From assembly GCA_964016885.1 (NCBI GenBank), contig OZ024752.1, positions 38,130,001-38,194,000 on the forward strand: DNA of 64,000 bases, given 5' to 3'. The stretch is from Eledone cirrhosa. Taxonomy: Eukaryota. The translations under genes were made by a program, and so were the position numbers. The notes below the pieces were generated by a model that was not told where the DNA came from, did not search any database, and worked only from the letters and a program-made list of their open reading frames with translations. Of the stretch, positions 42,498 to 56,183 are shown in pieces; position 1 is the stretch's first letter; every line of letters begins with the position of its first letter.

Positions 42498-42690
42498 CAA
42501 AGGAATTGTGGTAAGGAACCAGATGGACCATAATGCACCAGAGTATTCAATACTTAGGGTAGTAGAGTGGGAAATAGGAAAAAGTATGACCCCCGACGCC
42601 AGAGCTCAAGCCGTTTCGACGGCTATTTCTGGACTCCAGAAATAACCGTCGAAACGGCTTGAGCTCTGCCGTCGGGGTCATACTTTTTCC

Positions 42691-42722
<32 letters not shown>

Positions 42723-43253
42723 ATATACAATAGAAAAAAACGAGGAAGTTTTGTAACACACGACCGTGACTTCTGGCGTCACGCAGTAATAGAGAGTACC
42801 CGACCTCCCATGGGTACAAGCTGAAGCATATAGACAATATGCCCCCACACCCCCCACCGCAAGGTGGTCGTGGCGGTGCCACGGCAAAAAAAGCACCCAG
42901 CCCACTCTGTAAAGTGGACGTGTAGGCGCCACGAAAAAGCACCCAGCACTCCCTGTAAATGAGGTTGGTGTTAGGAAGGGCATCCAGCTGTAGAAATCAA
43001 GCCAAATCAGTTCCTGTATGAGCAAGGCATGGTCAGCCGACCAGACACTGCCCACAACAGGACAACCCGTCTAACCCATGCTAGCGTGGAAGAACGGACG
43101 TAAAACGGTGATGATGATGATGATGATGATAAGAAATATTCATTGTTATTCACTGTTACACACAATTTGCAGAGGATTGGCTTGTATATATGTATGTAAT
43201 GTATAGTTGGTTAATTTGTGTGATATACTATACATTAGTACTTCACCAACATG

Positions 43254-43830
43254 CCATCATCATCATCATCATCATCATTTCATTTTACGTCCGCTTTTTC
43301 CCTGCTTGCAAGGGTGGGACGGGAACTGATTCTGGCTTGATTTCTACAGCTGGATGCCCTTCCTAACACCAACCTCATTTACAGTGAGTGCTGAGTGCTT
43401 TTTTGCCGTGGCACCTCCACGACCACTTTGCAGTGGAATGATAGGAACCCCAGTCCCTATCATCTCATTTCTACAGCTGAGTAAACTGGAGCAATGTGAA
43501 ATAAAGTCTCTTGCAATCGAAAGGTTGTGAGTTCAATTCTCAGACCGGGTGATGTGTTGTGTCCTTGAGCAAGACACTTTATTTCACATTGCTCCAGTTT
43601 ACTCAGCTGTAGAAATGAGATGATAGGGACTGGGGTCCCTATCATTCCACTGTAAAGTGGTCGTGCAGGTGCCACGGCAAAAAAGCACCCAGCACTCACT
43701 GTAAACACTGTAAATGAGGTTAGTGTTAGGAAGGGCATCCAGCTGTAGAAATCAAGCCAGAATCAGTTCCCGTCCCACCCTTGCAAGCAGGGAAAAGTGG
43801 ACGTAAACTGAAATGATGATGAATGATGAT
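43254..43830. mobile_element. Inverted head-to-head CORE-type SINE fusion
   Basis: Minus-strand 3' part to about 43514, joined at CTTGC to a plus-strand copy. Confidence 0.8.
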
Positions 43831-44109
43831 ATATATATCACAATGAAAAGAGAATCAGTGTTGCGACGAATGGAATTTATTGGACATTTACAATCGTTTC
43901 TCTGGCGACCAGCTCGAGGCACGATCGATGTGGTGATCGAGCCTGACTCTGAAAATCGCAAGGTCCTCAGATACGTCTTGATTCTACGCTTTAAGCATCC
44001 AACACCAATTATATCTCTATATAAGTAAAAGGGATATTTAATTTGTTGGTATTTTATCTGTTTTGGTACCCTTGAAATATATATAATAGAATAAATATAG
44101 TTTCCATTT

Positions 44110-44436
44110 AAAATAATAATAATGAAATTATTGTGTAAAGTGCTCAGGTTCACTACAACTCGTCAAAGGTGTTTTTATAGTACACAGAATAATATATAAA
44201 TGTCAGGGAAGTGAATAGTGTATGAGTCATGATATACATGTGTGTGTGTGTATGGAGGGGGGATATCAGGTGTAGTGTTGGCGAATCTCGGGAAGCATGG
44301 AGGTTTTAAAGGATGCAGTGTCTCGACAGCCAACAACTGATGCAGGCAGTTTGTTCCATACTTCAGCAACTCTGAGAGTGAAAAAATGTTTCCGAAAGTC
44401 ATGGGAACTGTGCTGTTTTCTGACTTTGTGGGCATT
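44110..44436 (-). mobile_element. CR1-type LINE 3' end
   Basis: RKHFFTLRVAEVWNKLP...FK motif and (ATT)n tail; shorter copies near 1755-2000, 30095-30140 and 46300-46497. Confidence 0.8.
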
Positions 44437-44501
44437 ATTTAATATCATCATCATCATCATCGTTTAACGTCCATCTTCCACGCTTGCATGGGTTTGGACG
44501 G

Positions 44502-44537
<36 letters not shown>

Positions 44538-44682
44538 CGTAAAATAAGAAAATTTTCTTATTTTACGTCTTTTATATTATTGTTCTGCATCCTCCTGCAT
44601 TGAACCACCTAGGTACTATGACATAACCTGTATATTTGCTGGTATTAGCGTACATCTGTACGCATATGTTAGTAGATATACT

Positions 44683-44725
<43 letters not shown>

Positions 44726-47700
44726 TCATTAGTTTACACAAGTCACTAAATTTACTTCAGTAAGCCCCAGTCACCACATGCTCACACAATGAGCTAATAA
44801 GCTTGCAAGTGAGAAAATGCAAAGAATTGTCAGGATGCTCACTTATAGTTAATCAGTAAGTAAGATGGCAGTGCTTGGGTGATCATACTGGCATATAAAT
44901 GGTTAAAGTGTTGGGCTTACAATCATGAGGTTGTGAATTTGATTATCGGATCAGGCTTTGCATTGTGTTCTTGAGCAAAACACTTTATTTCACATTGCTC
45001 AGCTGTAGAAATGAGTTTACCCAGCTATGGGTTAAATAGCCTCACCAACCGGCAATTGACCAAGTGTGGTGAGTACGGCTAAACCCCTGACATGACCAAA
45101 ACCAAAACAGAAAACAGTGGAGGTCAATGAGGGAGGGGTTCCTCCAGTAGTAGTGAAAAGGCCCTGGATTGAATATATATATATTGGGTTCTGATTTAGT
45201 AGTTTTACAAAGAGGAAGAACCTAGCATTTATAATGGAGCAATTTTATAAGTTGGTTTATACCAGTGGTTTCAAACACATGGCATGTGGACCTTATATAG
45301 CCTGCAAACTACTTTTCTATGACCCATGGCAGAACAATTTTCATGACTAATGTTTTCCTAAAAGTTGCTGTCCATTTTAAGAACATCTGTAGTTCAATTT
45401 ACCCGTGAAATACAATACATTGAAGAAGACGGATTTTATCAGAGCTGAAAACCGAATAAGTAGAATTTACTAAAAGTAAAAACGAAATTAAGGAAAATTT
45501 GTTTCCTTACATTTTCTACTAATTACCAAATCCTACTTACTATCATATGTGTATTTATTTTGGTATAAAAAAAAAAAAAAAAATATCAGCCTATCAATTG
45601 TATTGCAGATTTTTAGTATTATAGCTGGTGGAAATAACATTCCACCCTCATGTCACTTTTGGCTGACTGTGCCTCTCCACACCCAGGATGCAATGGTCCT
45701 TCTTGAGTCCTTGAGTTTGAGACTCCAGATTTATTCATTTTCTTATAACATAGCTACGATGTTTCAGCAAAGCAAGTGTTTGCTAAGCTTTTGAGTACAT
45801 AAGAAAGCAGAATGAAGGGAAGGGCTTGAAACTCTGTACATATGAATAATCTATTTACCGTATATACTCAAATATAAGCTGAGTGATATGTGACCAAAAT
45901 AATTGATGGTAAAATGGAGGGGGGCTTATATATGCCATCTAAACAACGAGTTGATTAGCTGCCTTGACTTATAAATGGCATTTAGATTTTTGCCTACTTC
46001 TCAGACATAAAATAGTGGGAGGGGCGGGGTCCACCTTATATTCAAGTATATACAATAATATTGTAATAGTTACTGGTTTCTTACAACGCTATATGTCTTG
46101 AGAATAAAGACCCCTCCACACACAAAAAAACCCTACTAAAAAACTCAAGACTTCTAATGATCTGGATATGTAAAATGTTAAATATATATGTTACATAGCA
46201 ACTAAGATAAGGATTAGTCAACCAACATCTAAATCCAAGGAGTTATCACACAATATTAGTTTAATACAACTATAAGTTATGATAAACTGATCAGATATGA
46301 TAATAATGAAATTATTGTGTAAAGTGCTCAGGTGCACTACAACTCGTCAATATAGTACATAGAATAATACACAAATGTCAGGGAAATACATGTGTGTATG
46401 TGTTAGCTGTAGTGTTGGCGGATCTCGGGAAGCATGGAGGCCTTAAAGGATGCAGTGTCTCGACAGCTAACAACTGATGCAGGTAGTTTGTTCCATATGA
46501 TAGGAAAGTGTAGGTTTGTCTAAATGTAAGAGCTAAAAATAATATATTAGATAAAGGAAGTGACATAATATGTTCATTAAGGCCAGTAAGATTTTATACC
46601 TGTGTTTAGGACAACAGGTGCAGCTAGCTGAATCATTATTGTACAGGAATTGGCAGAGTCGTTAGAACGTCGGATAGAATGTTTTGTAGTGTCTATATTC
46701 ATTTTGGCTCTCTGCTCCCTGAGTTCAAATCCCACCATGGCCTTTCATCCATTCAAGGTAAAAAAAAAAAAAAAAAAAAAATGTACCAGTCAAGTACTGG
46801 GGTCGATTATTCCTCTATATCTCTTTCTCACTTCCTGTCTCACACTCTGTCTATCCTTCTCTGTAAGAAATTGACTGTATTCAGGCCTGGAGAGGAAATG
46901 GGCTCCGCCAGGTTTTAAAAATGCCCTAGAAACGCTGTATGTCAATATGGTGACGTCCCTACGACTCCCTCAGGAGGTCCATACCCTACCATATCAGCCC
47001 AGACTGTGTGAGCTATGAATGAATGATGCTTAGCAGTGACCATTTCATTTTATATTCAGAATAGTCTATCTCGGACTACATTATTCGATGTGTTCATTTC
47101 CTTCCTTTTTAGTCTTAAGTCAATCCAGACTGTGTGAGTTACTTGGCCGTAACTATCTAATTATTCAGACAGTGTATCTCGAACTACATTATTCAATGCT
47201 ACGAGTATGCTAATTTGCCCAATATATATATATATATATATGGAAAAAATATGTACGTATACATACTTATATATATATATATATAGTTTTTCGAATATTA
47301 ATAATTGTTTCTACTTTTGGCACAAGGCCAGCAATTATTTCAGTGTATTACTGGTACTTTATTTTATCGACCCCGTAAGGATGAAAGGCAAAGTTAACCT
47401 CGGCGGGATTTGAACTCAAACCATAAAGGGTCGTAACTCTTTGCTGCAAAGCATGGCGTCCGACCCTCTAACATTCAATTCGTTTCCAATTTTGCAAACA
47501 AGCCTCACTTTTATAGCAATGTCAGTAGAATGAACACTTCATTCTTGCTCTTGTGTTGGCATGTGTGCGGTTTCTGTTTGCATGCCAACACAAGAGCAAG
47601 AATGAAGTGTTCATTCTACTGACATGGCAATAAAATTGAGGCTTGTTTGCAAAATTGCAACCGAATCGAAGAAAAACTCAGATCACATTTATTGTATTCA

Positions 47701-47934
47701 GCCATGTAGAACGAAATTTTCTTTGCTTATTTCGTCTTAGGATCCAAGAGGAGTAAGCCCACCTGACACCAGTTAATAAACGAGAAAAATTAATGTCAGG
47801 GTGCTCTCCCTTGGTTATTAAAAACAGTAGTGGTATAATCACTGCTTTTTAAAATAGCTAGGCTACGAAAATGATTATTTACACGAACATTTCGTATATG
47901 ATTCAATATGCATGAAATGTCAGAACATCACTAC

Positions 47935-47998
<64 letters not shown>

Positions 47999-48186
47999 AT
48001 AATGTTTAACCCCGACGACAGAGCTCAAGCCGTTTCGGCGGCTATTTCTGGACCATAAATAGCCGTCGAAACGGCTTGAGCTCTGCCGTCGGAGTTAAAC
48101 ATTTTCTTATTACCCACTCTACTACCCTAAGTATTGAGTACTCTGGGGTGTTATGGTCCATCTGGTTCCTTACCACACTTCCTTCG

Positions 48187-48221
<35 letters not shown>

Positions 48222-48339
48222 GTGATGCTCAAGATGAAAGCTAACCTCAGTGGGATTTGAACTTAGAACGTAAAGGGGCGTAACTTTATGCCGCAAAGTA
48301 TGTCCGACCGCTGTACCGATTACTGTCAATCGGTCATGA

Positions 48340-48756
48340 TTTAATCCCCAAACAATAATATACCTAAGTAATTACGTTAAAATGTTTCATCAAAAGTTCA
48401 ATTGTTTTTGTCAAAAAAATTCTTTTTAAAATGTTGGTGATGTTAACGGACTTTTATTTTATTTTTATGTGCCAAATAAAAGACGTTATTGGGACAAAAT
48501 ATAGAAATCTTTATAATATTGGAGGATTGTTTTAAAAGTTAGCGAGTTATTTCCCTTCGCTAATTAACATTTATTTACGGTTTTAGCCGGTGTTATATAT
48601 TTCATAAAAGTTTTTTTTTTCTTAATTTCAATATAAATTTGAAAATGTAACGCCTGTTTATATAAGGATTAACCTTTTGATTGAAAAAATATAAAAGTAT
48701 TATTTAAAAAAATATTTCCCATAATTCAATTCAGCTAATTGGAAGACGGTGGAAAG
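48340..48756 (+). promoter_or_regulatory. Probable U2AF1 promoter/5'UTR
   Basis: Non-repetitive sequence directly upstream of the ATG with scattered CpGs; good start context (AAGATGG). Transcription start not determinable. Confidence 0.4.
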
Positions 48757-48800
48757 ATGGCTGAGTATCTAGCTTCAATTTTCGGCACAGAAAAGGACAA
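48757..48800 (+). CDS. U2AF1: U2AF1 (U2AF35) coding exon 1
   Basis: ATG GCT GAG TAT CTA GCT TCA ATT TTC GGC ACA GAA AAG GAC AA|gtaata = MAEYLASIFGTEKD(K), the conserved U2AF35 N-terminus; 44 nt, phase-2 GT donor. Confidence 0.97.
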
Positions 48801-51800
48801 GTAATATATTTTATACAAATATTTTACATCTTATAGTTTCATTCTTATGTATTTTTCTGTTATTTATACCAGTTTCTATTTCTTATTGATTTAGAGTAGC
48901 GGAAAGTGTTGTTTTATTACTATTTTCTTCATCTCATTTTGTGTGTCGGCTTACCGCTTCCTTTTATCAAATTCATTTTCTGTCGAGAAACATTTTCAAG
49001 GGAAAAAAATATTTTCTTAGTTTTATAAATATGGAATGAAATTTATGATTTATATTATTTTTAAAAGAATTATATTTTAGTCTTAAACTTGTTAAACCTA
49101 TTTTATCTCTCGTAATCATTGTAGGAAAACAATCGATAATGATGGTTTCTGATTTAGGCACAAGGGCAACATAATTATGAATAAATTATGTCAGCTTTTA
49201 TCGATTTCTTTTACATTAGATAGTCACAAGGAACACAACAGCTTAACACATTCAGTTTTAAAGCTATGATGAATATAATGAAATGACTTTATTAAAATCT
49301 GTATTGAATTTTTAAGAATATCTTATATTTAAAAAAATGTTAATTTACTATTTTACGTTCGTAAACTAAAACGATTCCCGAATGTCAATAAAAAAAAAAA
49401 AAACTTTATTAAAATTAATACAAATTACTGATAACAATTGAAAATGCTGCAAGTTATCAGTAATTTGTATTCATTTTAATAAAGTTTTTTTTTTTTTTTA
49501 TTGATATTTTTATAATCGTTTTAACTTACGAACGTAAAATAGTAAATTACCCCAAAAATATATATTAGAAAAAAAAAAAAATCATATTTCAATGATTATA
49601 TGTTTTATGAAAAATATATTTGTAACTAATTTATTAATTGTTAATATTAGACATAGACATAAAAAAACACAAATTCCTGATCCGCTTTCAATTATGTATA
49701 TTTGTATATTAATAATTGTTTCTACTTTTGGCACAAGGCCAGCAATAACTCAGGGTATTACTGGTACTTTATTTTATCAACCCCGTAAGGATGAAAGGCA
49801 AAGTTAACCTTTCATCCTTACGGGGTCGATGAAATAAAGTATATTAATAATGTAATTGATCTTTATTACGTTTTTAATAACGATATTTTTTATTCATAGT
49901 TGCACAAACAACATTACAAATAGTTTGCAATTCCTTCAGAATGAAAATATAAACAAGAGCATATAAATAAATTTACAGTAGTATAACATTACAAATGCTT
50001 AGATAACACTATAAAGGATGTGATACAATGAAAGATATATTCTTTTAATGTTAGATGGCGGTTTAGCCCTTCCTGTCACCATTTAGCAGAATATATATTT
50101 TTAAATCATCTTTGTGAGATAATCTTTAAGGTTTTGTGTCAATGGACTGTAGTCATGCTGGGCTATCGATTAAACTAATAAATAATAAATTATAAATTAT
50201 AAAATGTCATTTTTACACATTCAAATATTAGAAGCAGAAAAATAAAAGAGAGCAGTTTTGTTAGTTGAAAATGATAAAATGTGATAGATCTTAAAATTTT
50301 ATAAATGCGGTTCTTGAATTAAAATATCCTTTCTTCTTTAATCGAAACTAGTGACTTAGAATTAACTGTTCAATATGAACGTAAATTGTATTTATTGAAC
50401 TCAACCGGGTCACTGGCGAAGAACCATTCGTTCGGCTATTTCTTCCAGACCAAACCCTTACAAAATATGTTTTTAAATCTTCAGAGAACCATTTCGTAGA
50501 CAACGAACGTGTTGAGACTGCTTCGGGGTTTCTCTTGTTTATAAACTACTTACAGCCATTAATACCTTAAATAATTGTTTCTACTTTTGGCACAAGGCCA
50601 GCAGTTAACCAAGTGTATTACTGGTACTTTATTTTATTGACCCCCCCCCCCCCCGTAAGGATGAAAGGCAAAGTTAACCTCGGCGGGATTTGAACTCAGA
50701 TCATAAAGCGCCGTAACTCTATGCTGCAAAGCATGGCGTCCGACCTTCTACCGATACTGCAAATTTGTTTCTACTTTTGGCACAAGGCCAGCAACTACTC
50801 AGTGTATTACTGGTACTTTATTTTATCGACCCCGTAAGGATAATGATTGTTAAAATTAGAATAAAATTTAAAAGATTAATAATTTACAAAAATAAATGGA
50901 CAATAGCAATAACAAATATGTCGAAAAGTCAAACATACTAAAACAAAGAATTATGTTGATTTGTTTAATATTTTTCAAGTTACATAAAATGCTTAACTAT
51001 TTACCTGCTTAAGCGAATTTTTTTTAGTTAATACGGTTTATAAATTGCCTCCTAAAAATGAAATAATTCATTTTTAGTAAATCCCTCCAAATCCGTTATT
51101 AATTGATTGAAATAGAGTGTTTTATTAGAAATATGGTCATGAAAGGGCTAAAAACATGAAGACTTATCAAGCTATAATCGTTCATTAATCTTATGGCTTC
51201 AACAAAATAACAATATTATTATTTCAAATGATATAGCCCCTTGTCTTGTGGTACAGTTCCAATAATAAGCTTGTATGACGTTTTTCATCATAATATGAAA
51301 TTGGTTGGCTATTTTAATAGTACAAGCTTGTGTATAAATGTTTTTGATAAAATTAGCTTCATGGTGAGTGATTTTTGCCATCATATTTCTAACGAAAAAA
51401 TCTGCCTAGTTTTGAAAACAGTAAAGAATTTGTTGATGTTTAGAACAAAGATTCTTGCATGGAATTATGATGGAAGGTTTTTAAATAAATGTAAACACAT
51501 TAGAATAAACAGCTTAGTATCATAGAACCAGGGGTGGTTTCAGTCACTTAGGTAGGTATCAACAGGGTTAAATGTTTTCTTCAAATCCTTTTCATTCTTA
51601 TTGAAGGAACCCCTCACAGGTTGACCTCCATCACTTCCTATCTCTAGCCATGTGGGGGCTGAAGTATCGAGTCAGATCATAGCAAGATGATGCTATGATC
51701 TGACTCGATACTTCATCTTGCCTTTGGCTACCCTCTGGTTCTTCTCCACTGCCTTGGTGTCCATTCTGTCACTCTAATAGTCCACTTGTTATCTCTGAGA

Positions 51801-52050
51801 CGAGAGACGTGGCTATCTGGCCTTTGGTCACCCTCTAGTTCTTCTCCACTTGCCTTGGTGTCCAGCATGTCATTCTAATAGTCCACCTGTTGTCTCTGAG
51901 ATAGGAGATGTGGCCAACCCATCTATGGTTGCTCTTCTTGATGGTCCCAATTATGTTCTTCTCTGCTAATTTATAAATTGCTATGTATTTCTTTTATTCT
52001 ACATATAATTTCATTTTCAATGTATTTACTAGTGTTTAATTCTCTTTAAG

Positions 52051-52138
52051 GGTCAATTGTTCCTTTTACTTCAAAATTGGAGCTTGTAGACACGGAGAAA
52101 GATGTTCTCGTCTTCACAACAAACCCACTTTCAGTCAG
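52051..52138 (+). CDS. U2AF1: U2AF1 exon 2 (first CCCH zinc finger)
   Basis: tctctttaag|G GTC AAT TGT...AGT CAG|gtatat = (K)[29 protein letters not shown]; 88 nt, in phase with exon 1. Confidence 0.97.
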
Positions 52139-52326
52139 GTATATTAATTTGTTTTATTTTCTCGTTTTCCTCCTGTTTCTGTTGACTGCAGTCGTTCAAC
52201 ACGAGCAGAACAACTTTTGTTGAAGCATTGTTGAGTTTCATTTTTTTAATCTTATGAAATGCTGTGGAATTATTGAAATAAGTAATATTTAGTTTCTTCA
52301 CCAAACTTTAACAAAGCTATGTTTGT

Positions 52327-52374
<48 letters not shown>

Positions 52375-52736
52375 AAAGTAGTATAGGAAGGCTACAACAA
52401 TGCAAAATGGATGATAGATTTTGGAATAAATTGGAGGCTCAAGCCAGTTTCTCATGATAGTCTTCTGACAAAGGGTTTTTAGACCCGAAATGTTAGGACA
52501 GGTAAATAAAATAACAGGTGACACACACATTTTCGTTGCCTCTGATTTATTCCCAAATCTACTGCCAATTTTCTATTGTCTAACACAATGCTTCAAACAA
52601 ACTACACACACACAAACACATATATAAAATATATCATCAAGCAAAAAAAAATTGTTAAAGATTTGTTTTATAAATAATTAATTATAACCATCCTTATAGC
52701 ATTTGAGTGTCTATTATTGTTGTTATCTTTATCTAG

Positions 52737-52803
52737 ACGGTACTGCTACAAAATCTGTATCTAAACCCTCAAAATGCTGCCCTGACAGCTGATGGCTCTC
52801 ATA
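52737..52803 (+). CDS. U2AF1: U2AF1 exon 3 (start of UHM domain)
   Basis: ttatctag|ACG GTA CTG...TCT CAT A|gtaagt = TVLLQNLYLNPQNAALTADGSH; 67 nt, the same size as vertebrate exon 3/Ab. Confidence 0.96.
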
Positions 52804-53697
52804 GTAAGTATTGATGATAATTAAACTTTTTTTTTTTTATTTTTTTTTTTTATTTTTTTTTTTATGATTGGGAAGAGAGTAATTATGAAGTTATTTCTCT
52901 TGTGGTATTTTTATAATTCTGCTTTCGCAATACTAAAAGTTTGTTAATTATAGAGAAAATGTTTTCGGATTTAGGTTAAAAATAGCCCCCAGTTCATAGT
53001 ATTCTTTCAACTTCAATTGTAAAATTTATATCATCCTTTAATGCCTGTTTTTCCAACTAACAAGTTCTGAACTGGTCGTCACAGACCAAGTTAATACTTA
53101 ACTGGAGTCACTTAATCTGGGGCCTGCATCTCATTTACGTGTGTTCCCTGCTAATAAGGTTTTAATGGGTTGTCACAGACCAAGTTGGTACTTAACCAAA
53201 GCCATTTACTTACCTCTTAGACAGGCCAGGGGTTTGTATCTCACACACGTTCCCTGCCATCTAGAGATTCAATTGCAGCACACCACTAGGGAGGTTGACA
53301 TGTCTTTAACACAACTGTTAAGTCCTCTTGGCCCTTTGTTTGGCAATTTTTCTATGACTATGCCATTCCTATCAACCAATTGCTTTACAGAGTGTATCGG
53401 TTGTGTTCATTGTATCACCAACATTAGCAAGGTTATTGTGCCCTTGACACAACTGAAGAGTCCTCTCAACTCATTTTGACATGGTTTCTACAACTGGATG
53501 TCCACCTTACAGGATGTATTGAGTGCATTTTTCATGGCACCAGTACTAGAGATGCTGCCAGACATAGACTTGACTGAAGGGCCCCTCTTTAATCTGTGGA
53601 GAGGGGTACATTATATTAAATATTGCATCATTTCTATGTAAGAAATTGTAATTGCAAATACTTCATATAATGGATTGTTTTTTTTTGACTTTTGCAG

Positions 53698-53703
53698 TTC
53701 CTG
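53698..53703 (+). CDS. U2AF1: Candidate 6-nt microexon of U2AF1
   Basis: tttttttttgacttttgcag|TTCCTG|gtaagt: strong acceptor and consensus donor 6 nt apart; frame-preserving, gives GSH-I-P-V. Confidence 0.65.
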
Positions 53704-54976
53704 GTAAGTCATTCATCAACCTATCCTGGAAGCCTGTGGAAGTTTGTGCCAATTAGTAATACATTTTTTTTCTTTAATTTGACAAGCACAATTATTATAA
53801 TTACTATCATTTTACAGGGGCTTAGTAGACCTAACTAGATATATTTCTATGAATTAACAATCCTTAAGTATGTCAAATTAGGTTTCTTTCTGTCTTAAAC
53901 TTATTTTTAAACTAATATTTGATTTGTATAATTTTTTTCTTCCTGTTTATGACTACAATTTATTTATTTCCCTTAAAATGTAGCATTAGTTGGATCATAA
54001 ATGAATGCAGTATGTTAGTTTTACAAATCTAAAATGTTATTGAAATAATTAATTACATAGCAATCAAATTTTGAAAACAGAGTGTTGATTTAAAAAAAAA
54101 AAAATAGTGTTTTAAACTTATTTTCTATAGGAAATTATTTTACATAGCATATTTGATAACATCTCAAAAATTAGAAACACAAGTTTAAATCTTTTCAAAC
54201 CATTTAAAAGAAAATTACTTTTCTATAAACTCATCTAAATATTTTACTCGTTAGTACTAGAAGTTCAGAAAAGTTCTGAGTCAGGTAATTATTTCTTAGT
54301 TTTGGCAGAATGTGTTAGGATAATATGTAGTCTGTAACTAGGTGCACTTCTAGTTTGTGGTGTTGAGTCTAACCAAAACACTAGGAGAGTTAAATACAGT
54401 TCACAATTGGACATTTACTGAGGAGCCAACAGATTGATTATTTAATAATGCACTACACAATATTTTGGACAATTTAAAATGTATACTTTATTATTACAAA
54501 TTAATATATGATAAACACTAATACAAGTATATATGATGATGATGATGAAGTGTTTGTGTTGCAAATGACCAAGTTAGCTAGATTGAAAAATACTAATTAA
54601 TTATTATTACCTTTTTTTATTCTAAGTATGTAATTTTAGCCTTGCTGTGAAAAGTAAACAAATTGGTTTACACTAAGTATATGTTTTCTATCTTTCTCTG
54701 GACTAATATTGAAATTAATCTGATTGGTTTTGTAGTTTTACCTTCATCACGGAAAATATACCCATCTTATGTCTGTGGAAAATTAGTTGCTTGTAGCTAT
54801 TTATAGTGTATATACAAACTAGGATTGTTTCCATGTACAGATTTTTCCCTAAGCATGTAAATTATTGTTTTTGTGAAATTCATTTTTAATTTCTTGCAAT
54901 TATCTCGTTCTCCCTGAGTGTTAGGTTTAATATATATCGCCACTAGGTTTAACATTTATATTTTACAATACAGATA

Positions 54977-55323
54977 TGGAGGCACATGGCTTAGTGGTTA
55001 GAGCATTGGCCTTGCAATCGAAAGGTTGTGAGTTCAATTCTCAGACTGGGTGATGTGTTGTTTCCTTGAGCAAGACACTTTATTTCACATTGCTCCAGTT
55101 TACTCAACTGTAGAAATGAGATGATAGGGACTGGGTTCCCTATCATTCCACTGCAAAGTGGTCGTGGAGGTGCCACGGCAAAAAAGCACCCAGCACTCAC
55201 TGTAAATGAGGTTGGTGTTAGGAAGGGCATCCAGCTGTAGAAATCAAGCCAGAATCAGTTCCCGTCCCACCCTTGCAAGCAGGGAAAAGGGGACGTAAAA
55301 AAAAAATGATGAATGATGATGAA
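54977..55323 (+). mobile_element. CORE-type SINE inside a U2AF1 intron
   Basis: Near-identical to 19169-19505. Confidence 0.85.
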
Positions 55324-55429
55324 ACGTCATAGAGTACATCCCCCCTTATATATTTCCACTTATAAGATGGGAATTTTTCCATCAGACTGGGGTTCTAAAC
55401 ACTTCAGCCCCCCTAAAATAGTTTGTTGC

Positions 55430-55995
55430 CGAGTGTTGCAAGGCAGGGATGAAAATCAGTGTTGTGAAGACTGAGGCATTTGTCCTCTCAAGGAAGTCTG
55501 CACAGTGCACTCTACAAGTAAAAGGGGTTCAACTGAAGCAGGTGGAGAAGTATAGTATCTCAAGGCCATGTTCATAAGTGATGGCAGGCAGGAGACTAAT
55601 TTAAGTACAAGAATTACCTATGATCATGAGTCTTGGGTAATGACCGAAAGAATATGATCACGAATACAAGTGGCTGAAATGGGGTTCCTCCAAAGATAAA
55701 GTATGTAGTTTGGTAATCAAAGAATTGAGAAATCACAGCTCTGATACTATAGACGTGTTAGAATGTCTCAGGGAGAGAATTGAATTGCTGGACAGATTTT
55801 ACAGGCAAAACCAATCGGCAGAAGATCTAGGGTTAGTCCTCGAGCAAGATGGTTGGATAACGTACAAGAGTTCAGATGGTCTCACTTGGTGATGTAGTCG
55901 GATCAATTGGTGACGGTTGCTTCTGACAAAACTCGTTCGGGGACATTTTCTCCCCGACAATCCTCCCAAGGATAAGTGGGCGAAGAAGAAGACTA
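55430..55995 (+). mobile_element. Degraded RTE LINE fragment (intronic)
   Basis: Remnant motifs QLKQVEK, HESWVMTERI*SRIQVAEMGFL; (GAA)n tail. Confidence 0.6.
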
Positions 55996-56183
55996 TGACA
56001 CAATAGAAACTGATCTGATGTAATGAATTTTAGCACTTCATTTCAGTAGCTACATTGTTGTTACATGTGCCACTGTTCATCTTGAAGCTAAGGATCTGAG
56101 AATTTAAAGAGTTAAACAGCTGGTGTACTGACATGATTTCTAATTCTGACTTCAGATGGTCAAAACAAAATAGCACAGATTAA

